In this document: positions 25,194 through 37,444 of the stretch, one piece after another
How the letters are laid out: every line of letters starts with the position of its first letter
How positions within the stretch are numbered: position 1 is the stretch's first letter
Assembly: GCA_028534125.1 (NCBI GenBank)
Contig: CM052816.1
Span: 12,960,001-13,024,000 of the forward strand
Direction: 5' to 3'
Origin: Lama glama
Lineage: Eukaryota
DNA length: 64,000 nt
Position numbers and translations under genes: made by a program
Notes under the pieces: generated by a model
Told to the model about the DNA's origin: nothing
Database searches by the model: none
Seen by the model: only the letters and a program-made list of their open reading frames with translations

Positions 25194-27049
25194 ATCCATG
25201 CACTTAATTATCTCCACCCTGAATTAGCGCCAGAAGCAAAGCAAGAGTGTGTGTCTAAATCTGCATAATAAAGGAAGGTGACCAAAAGGTAGAGAGTTAT
25301 GTGTGTCAGTTTCTCCTTTCTGCCACCTTCTGTCCTCTCTCTGACCTCCTGGCCCTGGAAGGCAGTTCATCAGTCTGTGTCCAGTATTGCTATCTGGACG
25401 TAAAACAGCAATGCCTTTGAGCATTTCTTTGACCCTGTTAATTTAAGCAACTTTCTTGAATCCCATAATTCTTTGTAACTTACGATACTTAAAAATGCAA
25501 AGACAGAATGAGTGCACTCCTCTTAACTCCTCCACTCGATTGTAAGGTCACAGCTGGGTTCTTGTCTCTGTCACCTCCGTGCCCGCCTCTCAAGTACCTC
25601 GCAAATAGTGAACAAGTAAATAATATTACAAGTAATAACGGTAACAGCTAGGGGCTCTGTGGGTCAGACAGGAAACTAAGGGCGTATCCAACTCCCTGAA
25701 AAGGTAAATACTATTAATATCCCCACGTTATCCCCATTTTACAGACTGAGGAGTAGAGTCTAAGACCCAGTCCCCCATCTAGCCAAGCACTGAACCATCG
25801 GCCCTCTATGGCTTCTAAATGCCTGTGGGCTGAATGAGCATCTTTGTAATTCATCTTCTTTCTCCGCCTCTCCTTTCCCCTCTCCCCTGGCTGTCTCTGT
25901 CCCCTCCAGGAGTCTCCGTTGTTTTTCTTCCTTCTTCCCCTGAATTCACTGGCAGTCTTGGAAGAACACAGGAAAATCTTTTTGTTTGTTGTTTGTTTGT
26001 TTTGCCCCTGAAATCTTCACTGACTTTCAGATTTGTTCATCCACGTGGAATCATTATTTTGTGACCAGCAACTCATCTGGGTTCTAAAATATGCCTCTCC
26101 TTTCTCTACCAGCACCATGCCGAAGGCCATTACACTGGGGACATCGCAGTCCTCTGTTCCTCTTTGTTGATTTTGCTGTCTGTGCCTGAAATCAAGATGA
26201 AATGGCTTTGTTCATCCACTTTCCTATATGCCTTCCCAGGTGGAATGAGCCTCGGGAAACTAGTTGTTGTTTTTTTTCTTTTTTAAAGTTTAGTTTTGGT
26301 TTTGTTTGGGAGCCATGGGAACATTTTTCAAATTCTGTGTGTTAAATTCAAGACTACTTCGATTCTTAGCACTGACCAGGCAAACATTTCTGGGGTCCAA
26401 ACGATGGCTTGGGGGCAGTTGGGCCAGGGTGGTGAAGAAGCAGAGGCTGGGATGCTGGGAAGCTGGCCACATGGTGGACCCAGAAAAACCGTCCACTGCA
26501 TTACATTTCAAGGAGAGCCTGGGGCTGGTAGTTACTCTCCAAAAACAAAAAGGAAACTTCCAGCGGGATCCATGGGCCCTGTTTGGCTGGCCCATAGTGC
26601 ACATGTGTGCAGGTACCATGAGCATAATTCAAGGGGATCTCTCACCCTGGCCACCTCATTTGGGAAGAGTATAGATAAATATCCCTGCTGACAGTGACAG
26701 TCACGTGCCTTGCCCAGGGACACAAGCCGCCAAACCTCAGTTGTCTCACCGGGAGAAAGGAAGTACTGGCAATGCCGCCTTACACACTTGTTGTGGGAAT
26801 TCAATTCGAGTAGAACTGCAAGATGCTTAGCATGTTGCCTGGTCCACAGTCCACATCGAAAGATCAGAACTCTTTCTCCCGCTGGCCTGCTCTACCATTC
26901 GACATCCCTGGCATTAGAGAACCACCACTCCGGGCTTAGGCACTTTTAAATGCTCCTCCCAAGAGTATTTATAAAGTCTTCCTTTAACACATTATTGCAT
27001 CCTAGTTTATCATCATTAGCTGATGAGTAAGTATAGCATTCCAGTGGCA

Positions 27050-27245
27050 GAAAATAATAGTGACTATCACTTATTCAGCACACACTGTCTTCCAGCCTCC
27101 AAGCTCAAAATGCTCTCAACAACCTTATGAGGTGCTCTTAGAAAGGATGGACGATTTACCCATGGTCACTGGACTTGAAGTGGTGGAAATGAAGTGTTAA
27201 GCCAGGACTATCTGACACCAGGGTCAGCGTTTTAATTACTATGAT
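27050..27245 (-). mobile_element. MIR SINE
   Basis: ctctcaacaaccttatgaggt...ccatggtcac...ctatctgacacca. Confidence 0.65.
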
Positions 27246-28614
27246 CTGTGGCCCCCGAATATGCTTTAATGGGATAGAAGAGGTCTGGAGAGTGCCAAGG
27301 CAGGCTGGGCTTCTTCAGAGCATCAGAGCCAAGGGCACAGGATCACTTGATAAAAGCAAAATACAAGGGTTCCAGCAGTAGGACGGCAATGTGAAATACG
27401 AAAGAAAAAGTCAGGGGAGCTGCTTACAAACTGTACTTCCTCAAGCATCCTTGCCTTGGCTTCCGAGTTCTGTCTGATCTCTCTTCCTCCCACCCCTTTC
27501 AGTGGCCCTGGCCTGGTCCTACAGCTCAGCAGATTCCTCTGGGTCTTTGCATGTACTGTTCTATTGGTCACCAATACTTTTCAAACAGGGACCACGTCTT
27601 TCTTACATACCGTTGATCTCCAACACCCAGCCTGATTCCTGGCAAGTAGTCGTTGGCCTCTATACTGGAATGGCCACATCATTACGAAACCGATGAGTGG
27701 GACTTCTTAGAACTTCGTCTAGTGCTGACTCTAACAACCAGCTTCTGGGTCCCAGATCTGCCACTTGCAATTGCTCTTTTTCTCATGCCTTATTCCCTCA
27801 CTTCAACACCCACGTTCGTATGTTTCTGCCATTTAAGCATCTGTTCCTGCCTAGTCAACACGACAAAGGAAAGAAGCCCGGGCAGGCTCTGTTGCCACCC
27901 CCTTCCCACCAGGGAGACTTGAAGAGGCAACCAGAAGTGAGCTACCTCACCAGCCTCCTCAATCTCCTGCTGCCCCCGTTTCCCTGGGTAGGATCCCCCC
28001 TCGCCCCCGGCCCCAATGAGAGACATCAGTGGTCCTCAGGGGTCAGTGGAATTAGGTGCAGAGGAATCTCGTGCCGAAGATACTCTGTGAATAGAAAGTC
28101 CAGCCAGTTCTTGGTTCTTTGCCCTCCTTGTGGGAGCTGAGTCCCTACATCAGCCCAAGTGCGTATTAGACGGCACGAGATAAACCATTCGGGTGTTTTA
28201 TTCTAACATACAGCTTAATACAGAGAAACACAGAGACAGCAGTAAGAGCACACTCTCACAGATGGCTTCTACTATTTTAAAATATAAAATTAATGAGTGT
28301 CAGATCAGAAATGTTTTTTTCTGGTTTTTGACTAAAGCTTACATTTTCGAGACTATGTTGTATGATACAAGAATATACTTTTGGTTGGAGAGATTGCAAT
28401 CAGTTTGACTGATTATGCTTACTAACCAAAGGACAGAATACAGCTTTGAGGGGTGAAGAGGAAGGATGCTTATATCCGTACAGCACTGATGAATGATGTG
28501 GTGTGGACCAGCCTGGTTTCCCATAAAGATAGCTTATGATTGGCTGCCATACATATATTGGTTCATTCTTTTTCCCCCAGAGCTATGTATGGGTCATTAA
28601 AGAATTAGTTAAGA

Positions 28615-29455
28615 GTATTAGTTATCTCTTGCTCTTTACAGTACTACCACAAATTTCGCAGCTTAAAACAGTACGTATTTACTCTTTCATGGTTTCTGTG
28701 GATAAGGTGTAAGATTGAAACAAGAGAATAGGAAAGGCCAATGCAAGGAAGCTTTGTCAAGTTGGCACCTGCTACGGACATCCAGTGTTCCATTCCAGTA
28801 GACCTCTTGAGGAGCTTTATAAATGCACTTCCTAAGGAGAAAGAGGAGAAGGATGTACCCTTATTCTCCATTGCCCATTGTTCAATGGTGGCTCTACAGG
28901 CATTAAGCCCCCTATAGTTTGGGGTTGTGCTTTTGTGAGTGCAGAGTGGGTTCCCATGGATGCTCCATGCCAGGGCATTAGAAAAGATCTGAGGCTTAAG
29001 CGGGTCACCTGCAAGGCTGCAATCCAGATAATGACAATCACAGTAATGACCAGGGCTGCAGTCTCATCAGGGGTTCAAGGGGGGAATGACCCACCTCCAA
29101 GCTCACATGGTTGTTGACAGAATCCAATTTCTTGCAGGCTGTCAGATTGAGGGTCTCAGTGTCCTGCTGGCCATCAGCTGGAAATTTCCTTCAGTTCCTT
29201 GCCACATGACCCTCTCTACCAGCAGCTCACGACATAGGGCAACTTGCTTCTTCAAGGCCAGCAAGAGAGAGAACTCCTTGCAAGACAGACATTACAATCA
29301 TAGGAACTGCAATCACTTACATTCTGTAATCTTTACCGTATTTTATTGGTTAGAAGTCATAGTTTCTGTGCACACTCAATGGGAAGAGATTATGCTGTGG
29401 CATGAACACTCAGAGACAGGAGTCCTGTGAGTCACCTTAGAGTCTGTCTGCTGTA
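28615..29455 (-). mobile_element. MLT1 (D-F group) solo LTR with an internal foreign segment
   Basis: gtattagtt...taccacaaattt...cttaaaaca start; ctccaagctcacatggttgttgacagaatcca; gtcaccttagagtctgtctgc end. Confidence 0.85.
28708..28992 (-). mobile_element. ERVL LTR internal fragment (LTR33-like)
   Basis: ggccaatgcaagg...ctcttgaggag...cccattgttcaatggtggc...ctgaggc resembles the remembered LTR33 interior. Confidence 0.5.
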
Positions 29456-31454
29456 GTGGCTAAGGGGACTCAAAGGTATGAGATCCACAAGGCCAGTGCG
29501 AATTTAGTTGCTTTATGAAAAGTATTAATGGCTAGCATAATCCAGCATAAATTCAATTTTATGCAAACATTTACTACCCCAAGAAAACAGTCAAGTTTTT
29601 TTTTAATCTACTATTCTGTCATATTATCATAACCTAAATCCTCTTTAACAAACATGAGTTTTTTAAATCTGAAAGCATACTCATTCCCGATGCCATTGCT
29701 TCTGGCATTTATGCTCCCCGAGGATGGAAATTAAGTCACTTTTAATTAAGCTTCTCTTCTCCATATCAAATTGTTCTGTGGCGTTTTCCTTGACACTTTA
29801 GTGTTTGGCTATTTAGCATAACTTTAATTAGAGTATTAACAATATTACACAAATACATCAGTTAGGTCAAATCATTGAAACTTAAAAAAAAGAAAAAATA
29901 TATTACTTTCTTGTTCCCATTTTTCCCTTTAATTAGAACGAGGCGAGCCACTGTGTTGTATACTTATTTTTAATAATGTTGTTTGCAGGAGCGTGTGTAT
30001 TTCCCCTTTGTTATGCTCAATGTGGCACATCTCACAGATGTTGCGAACAGCTCAGGATGTCTTGAAGGGACAATGAGACTGTGGTTAAACAACAGAGTGT
30101 CTCGCAGCGCTGAGGTCTGCTGCTAACAGCTGGCTTGCTGAAGTGTGAGAAGCCTCATTCAGTTTTCGAAAGGAATGTGTTCTTGGCGGGGCAGAGCTGT
30201 GTGTGTCTGCGTGCACTTCAGTGTCCTTTATGGTTAGTTTCCCCAAAGGCTTACTGTCCGTATTGCATCATTTGTTTTTATTTGTAAGAGTATTTTGGAA
30301 GCTTCAGAGCAGTTGTAGGGTCATTATCGTTTCTAGCTGTCATTGGTTATGACTGCCTGTGGAAACTGTGCTGAAGGCAAACAAAAGTAAACGAAGGTCC
30401 CTCTTCAGTGCCTTTCCTCTTTATCTGCACTTCCCAGCTCTTTGGGATTATCCAGGGCCAAGCTAGTTTTGATTTATGACATTCGTCTCCCCAAAAGGGC
30501 CACAGGGACTTTGGGAGGTAGGTGAACCATTCGCATGAAAAATTAAAGCTGGCGTATTTATTCTGAAGGGCAGGGTAAAGTTAATGACCCTGCAAAATTC
30601 CTGACAAATAAATTTATTTCCCCCGTCCTTCTAATGAGGTAACAAAGCAGCTCTATATCCAGCCCTGGGGAAGCTGATGCTTCTGAGTAAAAAGTCTATG
30701 GAATGGATAACCCTCTAGGGCACTGGAGAAGCAATCCATCTTAGGAAAATGGAATTAGTTTTAACTACACTATTAAGTACTATAAATTACCCTCCTGGGC
30801 CCGGCTAGTTAAGCACCCAAATTATTTTTCAATATGATTCTGCTTCCTTTTCTAATACCAAAGAGAACTGGAAAGAGGGGAGTCTAACTAGTCAAAATAC
30901 ATGTTTCGTAATATGCAAAAAACATTGATGGTATCTTCTCTAGCACCATGTTTGTAGTTTTGTGTGTGCAGCGTGAGGAAACTGGTATTTCCATTTACTG
31001 AGAATTAAGTATCTATTCAGTACAATGTGTTGGGGCAGGGACCGTGAGGAAAGAGAGAACATGCTTTTCCTCAACGAGCTTCCAATCTGGCCAAACTCCT
31101 CACCTTGATCTTCTTAATTCCTCCCGTGAATTCCACTGCCTTTGGAATGAGGTTGACCTCCTAGCCAGAGCTCCTAAAATTCTAGATAATCTGGCCACCA
31201 CCAGCGTCTCCATTAGACGCTTCAGCAGTTCAGCCAGATAGGTGTTGTTGTTCCCGTTTGGCAGAGGCGGAAACGCAGGCTGAAAGAGCGTAAGCGAGCT
31301 TGGAAACTAGTCCCAGGCAGCAGAGGGAGGTTCAAGGCCATTATCCCCTCAATCCCTGGCCTTCTTCCCTTCTAACCTGTGATTATATAATGCAACAAAC
31401 CGATTTAGCGGGATGAGGAGCAATCCGTCAAATACGTGTTTAATGAGACTAGGA

Positions 31455-31830
31455 TTGGACAGCAGCCTCGGTTGGAAAACACTAGATTCAAAATGAAAAA
31501 GCGAAGTCCTGCTCCTGGTCCTGCCAATAATTAGCTGTGACATCTTGGATAAATATCTTTTCCTCATTTTCTTCATTTATAAAGTGACGAAAGCCAACTA
31601 ATAATTCCTAGGCAATGTTTTCCCAAATCTGGTCCAAACAGTCAGCCAAGGCTGACAGTTAAGGGTCCACACTTGGAGACTTGCCGTGCACATTAGCATG
31701 TTAAAGGCACCATGGGGTCATGCGTGAAGAAATCTATTACCATGGCACTCTTTAAACTTATTTGACCCCAGAACACTTAGTCATATCTCACAGAGCTATG
31801 TTCCCTAGAAAATAACTTGGAAAGCGATTT
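31455..31830. mobile_element. MIR (+, ~31455-31610) followed by a MER103C-like hAT element (~31613-31830)
   Basis: ttagctgtgacatcttggataaat; cacattagcatgttaaaggc...aaacttatttgacc. Confidence 0.65.
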
Positions 31831-33081
31831 TCCAAATTCTCTTTAGACTCTAAAATTTGATAGTTGACATTTTCACTTGTGAAAATGTTCCACATCTACC
31901 ACTCACGTGTTCTCTTTTAATTGTGACTTTCCAACCACCACCCCCCCCTTAGGACTGAACACAGTGGGCAACAGATAAATGCTATTGACTGATTTATTCA
32001 GTTCTTAAGGTTAATGTATTCCAAACAGTGCTGATTTTGTACTTGGCAAAATTTTGTCTAACACAGAACAGTTCTGGGATGGGAAGCACTGGGCTCTGAG
32101 AACTGGGGGAAAACCACCAATTCTCCCGAGAGCCATCCAGAGAGATGCCAGATGACATTTCAGGACCATTTAGCTATGAACGTTTCATTCAAACGCAAAA
32201 ACAAAAGGCAAATTCTGTCTCTGGTTAGCAGACTTCTGATCCGCTCGTTCCTCCCGAATGAAGTCTGCACAGAGTCAAAGCATTTGGTGCTGGGTGTCAC
32301 TGAGCAGTCACTCTGATGTGACAGCCATTTTTTTTTTTTCACCCTCCTTCCAGTAGTTTCCAGGATGAGTTGGCTCAGCCAGATTCTCTCAGGGATAAAA
32401 CGCCCCTTTCATCCCTAGAATGCCACTCGGTGTCTCCTTCAATAGTAAATTACCAAACACCAGTCTCCTGGCCTGAAAGGGCTTATTCACAATGCCAGTG
32501 CCAAAGAGTCTCCCAGGAACTAACGTGACAACGTGACACTTCTTGTTTGTGTGTACACAAGAAAACAAAGCAACTGTAATATTCAATATAATAAATACAC
32601 AGAAACAGACTTTTTACAGTCTGTCCCTTTTTAAAGGGACAATTGTTTTTAATAAAAAGTCTTAAAATAGCATTATTTTTCATCTTGGGAAGGTGTGTGT
32701 GTCCAAGTGATTTAATATGGTCGTAAAACTTTTCACAGTGTACCAAGAAGCATAAAGATGTGGAACACCTTCACAGCTGTGTGACTCCACCTGCACCTAT
32801 TGGTAATTCTTTTATCTTTATGTTTAAAAACCGAAGAAATACAAAGATTCTGTGTAGGATAAACGAAGATCATTTTAATACCGCAGGCTCATGAGTAAGA
32901 ACACTGAAAAAAACGTTTGGGTTTCTGGCCTCTCTTATAAATGCAGATTGTTGAAAAAAGAGGGCCTTTCCTGCTATTCATGTTGTATAGTGGCACATGC
33001 AATGCAGTTGTATGTAGTTGAAAGTCACAATAAAGAATAGTGATTAAGAGTAGTGAATTGGAGAGGAAGGTATAGAATTTT

Positions 33082-33220
33082 GGGGCAGGGTCTAGCTCAG
33101 TGGTAGAGCTCGCGCTTTGCATGCACGAGGTCCTGGGTTCGATCCCCAGTACCTCCATTAAATAAATAGACAGAGAGACAAACAACTTACCTAATTACTG
33201 CCCCCCCCCAAAAAAAAACA
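33082..33220 (+). mobile_element. tRNA-Ala-derived SINE (camelid Vic-1-like), full length, inserted in a MIR
   Basis: tRNA-like head 33086-33157 with A box and B box (GGTTCGATCCC), then cctaattactgcccccccc and poly-A; MIR continues to ~33440. Confidence 0.92.
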
Positions 33221-33824
33221 AAGAGTAGAGAATGAATTGACTTTGAGGTAGAAACAGAGTGTGGATCATCGCTCTGCCACTTACTATCTATAAGCTTGTT
33301 TTAAAAAAATTTGTGCTTCACTTTTCTTACATGTAAGTAGAGGTATACTTTCTTCACAGGCTGTTTTAAAGATAAAATGAGATAAAGTCTGTAACACAAT
33401 TACCCAGTGACTGCCGCAGAAGCAAGTAATAGTTACTAACTTGTGGAGACCTCTTAGTTCATTTGGCAGGACGGCCAGAGACAGACACTTGCTCATCCTA
33501 AGAGCACCATTTCCCTGGGATCCTCTTGGCTCCATCCCCCTCTTGTTGGCTTCATCTGCAGAAGTTCCAGGCCTCTCGTTCACGCACCATGATTCCATCT
33601 GAAAGCTCTTGCCCAGAAACCCCTAGAAAATGTCCCTGTAGATCACTGGGCCAAGGTGGTCACTGGCCAAGGTAGGGTGCACGGACCAGATGGGGCCCAT
33701 GGACCAATGCCTTGAACCACAGTCAATACTGTTATTTCTGGATAATTCAATCCAACAAATATTCAGTTCTATCTAATGCCCACGTCAGACACTGTGTTAG
33801 ACTTGGAAGTTAAAATGACTTACA

Positions 33825-34026
33825 CCAGGGGTTCAGCAAACTTTTTTTTCAAGGGTCAAAAAATGAAATTTTAGGCTTTGCAGGCCTAGAAGTAAAATCA
33901 AGGATATTGTAGGAACCTCTATGCCCGCATAAAATGTACCCATTTAAAATGTAAAGTCATTCTTAATGCAGGGCCACAAGAAACCAGATGACTGGGCCCA
34001 TGAGCCATAGTTTGCCAGCACCCAGG
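33825..34026. mobile_element. MER58-family hAT element nested in an L2 remnant
   Basis: caggggttcagcaaactttt...ttttaggctttgcaggcc...gagccatagtttgcca. Confidence 0.8.
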
Positions 34027-34556
34027 ACACACAGCTTTAGTCCCTGTCCTCATGAAGTTCATCCAAAGTGTGACATGATGCCCTGGCATTGTTTGAAACC
34101 CTGCCTCCCAGTCCCGCTTGTCATTTGAATGAGGTTGAACCTGTCAGTGGGATGATCTGTGCACTGTCACCTACCTGTCCATCCAAATCTCAGAACCCAC
34201 CGTCAGGGGGCGTGCCTCACAGAGTAGCTGATGGTGATGATCTTCTGTTGAATTTAAGGCCATAGCATGAACCCACTCGAGCGCCAGGTCAGAGATTCTT
34301 AAGAGCTTGGTCTGGAGGGAGAAAACATGAACCAGGAAATTGTCCCTTCAAAGACTTGTCTTTAATAGATCATCCCAGACCCATGGAAAAAGAGCTCAAT
34401 GGCAGGATGCGTGTATGACCAAGTCGTCGCACCTCTGCACACAGAGCCAACACTTGCTCCGCCACAGACATTTCCCAAGAGGCCATGCCACCTAAGCCAT
34501 ATGGCACAGCGTGGACCACAGCTGTGAACTTCAGTTGGAAACAAAGCTGTTCCCCA

Positions 34557-34746
34557 GCCGGGAGAAGGCCCGGAACACGGGGCGCGGTGCACGAGCGCCT
34601 CTCGCGGCCCGTGTCACAGACGTGTGCACTGAGTCCCAGAGGCAGCGGGAGCGTGCCCCCGGCGCAGGGCTCGGCCACCCGCTCGCCGCTGGTTCCATGA
34701 CTTCCCCGGCGGAGAAAGAGGCCAAGTCACGCTCCACCTAACTCGG
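34557..34746. promoter_or_regulatory. Small CpG island-like patch
   Basis: 23 CpGs counted in ~190 bp of apparently non-repeat sequence in a CpG-depleted background. Confidence 0.5.
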
Positions 34747-34992
34747 CCCATCCCCTGTCGTTTGCTTTTGCAGCTTGACTTCACCACCTTCAATTTTGTT
34801 GGTGCCTCTTGGCCTTTTGCGTGGTGAGAGTGTCATTAGGGGATTGAAATCTGCAAAAGAGTCCTTGGCTGCCGTTTGGAAAGTCAAAGGCAGGGGGCTG
34901 GCCGGGCAGGGCTGGTGCTGCGAGTCACATAAGCAAGTCGTATCCCCTTTTTGAAGTAATTCATAATCAGTAAACAAAATTGTGTTTCTTTT

Positions 34993-35455
34993 TCTCTGTA
35001 GAAGTGTAGTCGATTTACAATGTTATGTTAGTCTCTGGTGTACAGCATAGTGATTCATCTATATACATATATATCCATTTTCACGTTCTTTTTCATTATA
35101 GTTTTCTGCAAGGTATTGAATATAGTTCCCTGTGCTATACAGTAGGACCCTGCTGTTTATCTATTTTGTATATAGTAGTTAGTATCTGAAAATCCTGGAC
35201 TCCCAATTTATCCCTTCCCACCCCCTTCCCCACCCTTGTACCCATAAATCTGTTTTTTTCTGTCTGTGAGTCTGTTTCGTAAATAAGTTCATTTGTGTCC
35301 TTTTTTTTTTAGATTCCACATGTAGGTGATATCATATGATATTTTTCTTTCTCTTTCTGGCTTACTTCACTTAGTGTGATGATCTCCAAGTCCATCCATA
35401 CTGCTGCAAATGGCATTATTTTATCCTTTTGTATGTAATTTTCCATTGTATGTAT

Positions 35456-35489
<34 letters not shown>

Positions 35490-36020
35490 CACACCACAAC
35501 TTCCCTATCCAGTCATCTATCAGTGGACATGTAGGATGCTTCCATGTCGTGGCTATTGTAAACAGTGCTGCTATGAACACTGGGGTGCAGGTGTCCTGTC
35601 GAATTAGAGACTCCTCCAGATGTATGCCCAGGAGTGGGGTGGCTGGATCGTATGGTAAATCTAATTTCAGTTGTTTAAAGAATCTCTATACTGTTTTCCA
35701 CAGAGGCTGAATTAAATTCCCACCAGTAGTGTAGGACAGTTCCCTTCCCTCCACCCCTTCTCCAGCATTTATTGTTTGTGGACTGACAACTAACTTCCAG
35801 AATATAGAAATAGCTCATACAACTCAATAACAACAACAAAAACCCAATCCAAAAATGGGCTGAAGACCTAAGCAGACGTTCCTCTGATGAAGACATACAG
35901 ATGGCCAACAGGCGCATGAAAACATACTCAGTTTTGCTAATTATCAGAGAAATGCAGATCCAAACTACAATGAGGTATCACCTTAGACCGTTCAGAATCA
36001 GACATCATTACAGAATCTAC
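34993..36020 (-). mobile_element. LINE-1, 5'-inverted (minus arm 34993-35784, plus arm 35781-36020)
   Basis: L1 peptides IMPFAAVWMDLEIITLSEVSQKEK (minus) and [10 protein letters not shown]...[15 protein letters not shown] (plus); 16-bp TSD 34977-34992 / 36021-36036. Confidence 0.92.
35458..35485. repeat. (TG)14 microsatellite within the L1
   Basis: read directly from sequence. Confidence 0.95.
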
Positions 36021-36664
36021 AAATTATTTTTCTTTTAATATTTTCTGTCCCAAGAACAGGATTCAAAGTACCTGAGCTGCTCTTGTTAACTCTAAGCTGA
36101 CTGATTAAAGTGTACCCTGGGGATCCTCACACTTCAAGACAGGGTGAAACAGAACCCAGAATCTTGAACTCTTTATCTGCTTTGTCTTGTAATTGTCTCC
36201 TTCTCTGGGAGTCAACAGCCTATGGGAATTCATGGTTGTGTGTAATCATCTCAGTTGGACCAGACAGCATTTATCTGTTGTGCACATTAGATTGTACAAG
36301 CTCCTAACAAAGGCTGTAGAAAGCAGAATAAATAGATTCTGTCTTTCTTCATTTAGCTTTCAATGATTGGCAAGATTTAAAAAATCCAAAATGACCTAAA
36401 CATCTAAAATCCCTGATGTCTCCCCCGGTGTACCCCCCATCACGAAGCTTCTCTTCTTTGTCTGTAGCTCTTAAAAATTTGGGTTAAAAATGAACTATTT
36501 TGTAATTTTTCTGAGTCTTGAGTCAGTGAGTCTTGGCATCCCCTAGAATACATGTTTCTTGGGGTAAAGAACGTAGGTTTCTGTAAGTCTCATGTTTGCT
36601 GGCATTATGCTGACTAAATCATACTCATTTTTTAGTGTCTCATACAAGGGTACATATCAAGAAG

Positions 36665-36875
36665 GTAGAGTCATGTTTAAGGGCTTTGAGTCAAAGCCAT
36701 GACTCTCAAAGATACTAGCTGTTACCTCAGGCTCAGTGTTCTCATCTGTTTAATGGGGACAATAATCACGCCTACCCTTGTTCTAAGGACCATGCACATG
36801 AACGCATAAACCATATGGCACAAGCCAGGCAAAGCCAACTGCTCAGTATATGGTCACTGCTGCTTTTATTGCTGC
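36665..36875 (+). mobile_element. MIR SINE
   Basis: ctcagtgttctcatctgtttaatggggacaataat. Confidence 0.75.
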
Positions 36876-37444
36876 TGTTCCTCCCTCCCCCGCAAACAAA
36901 ATACCCTTAAAAATTGAGTAACAAACTGAGGTTAAGACAACTTGGAATAAACAACGCAATAAAACCTGATACCAACCCTAGAAACAAGCCTACAGCCAGC
37001 CAATATTTTCTCATTTTCAGAAAACCCAGTAGGGAATAGCCCAGTGTGGCCTTGAGAATAAAAATGAAGGGTAATTGTCCATTTTTCAAAGGAGCTCAGC
37101 ATATGGCTCTTGAAAACAGTTCACTTTTCTGGGTAAAAAGTCTTATTCACAGACTGCTTTCCAGCAACAGGGTCTAGGTTGAGCCAATGCCAGCGCGGGT
37201 CCCTGGACCGCTTTTCTGCCTGGATCATCCCAGGAAGGGCTGCCAAGAGTATACTCCGATGGATGCGGATGGAAACAGGGACACAAAAGCAACTCAGTGA
37301 CTGGTGTCGTGTCCACGCTTCTAACTGGACATTATTCTCCCGTATCTTACAAGGTTTGGTCGGGCGAGAGATATAACGTACCAGGGCTCAACTGAGTTCA
37401 TCTCGCCAGTCTCTTTCTGAAGGTCTGAAACCCTGCTGTTGAGG

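Noticed and set aside
24587..25268. Long ORFs of 179-206 aa
   Set aside because: Artefacts of translating through the N gap.
27697..28140. 147-aa ORF (similarly 39569-40012, 8186-8584, 26296-26691, 57201-57575)
   Set aside because: No recognisable homology, several have non-ATG starts, and these lengths are expected by chance in 64 kb.
33086..33157. tRNA-Ala(TGC) gene
   Set aside because: The acceptor stem is disrupted, and the sequence has a SINE tail, poly-A and TSD.
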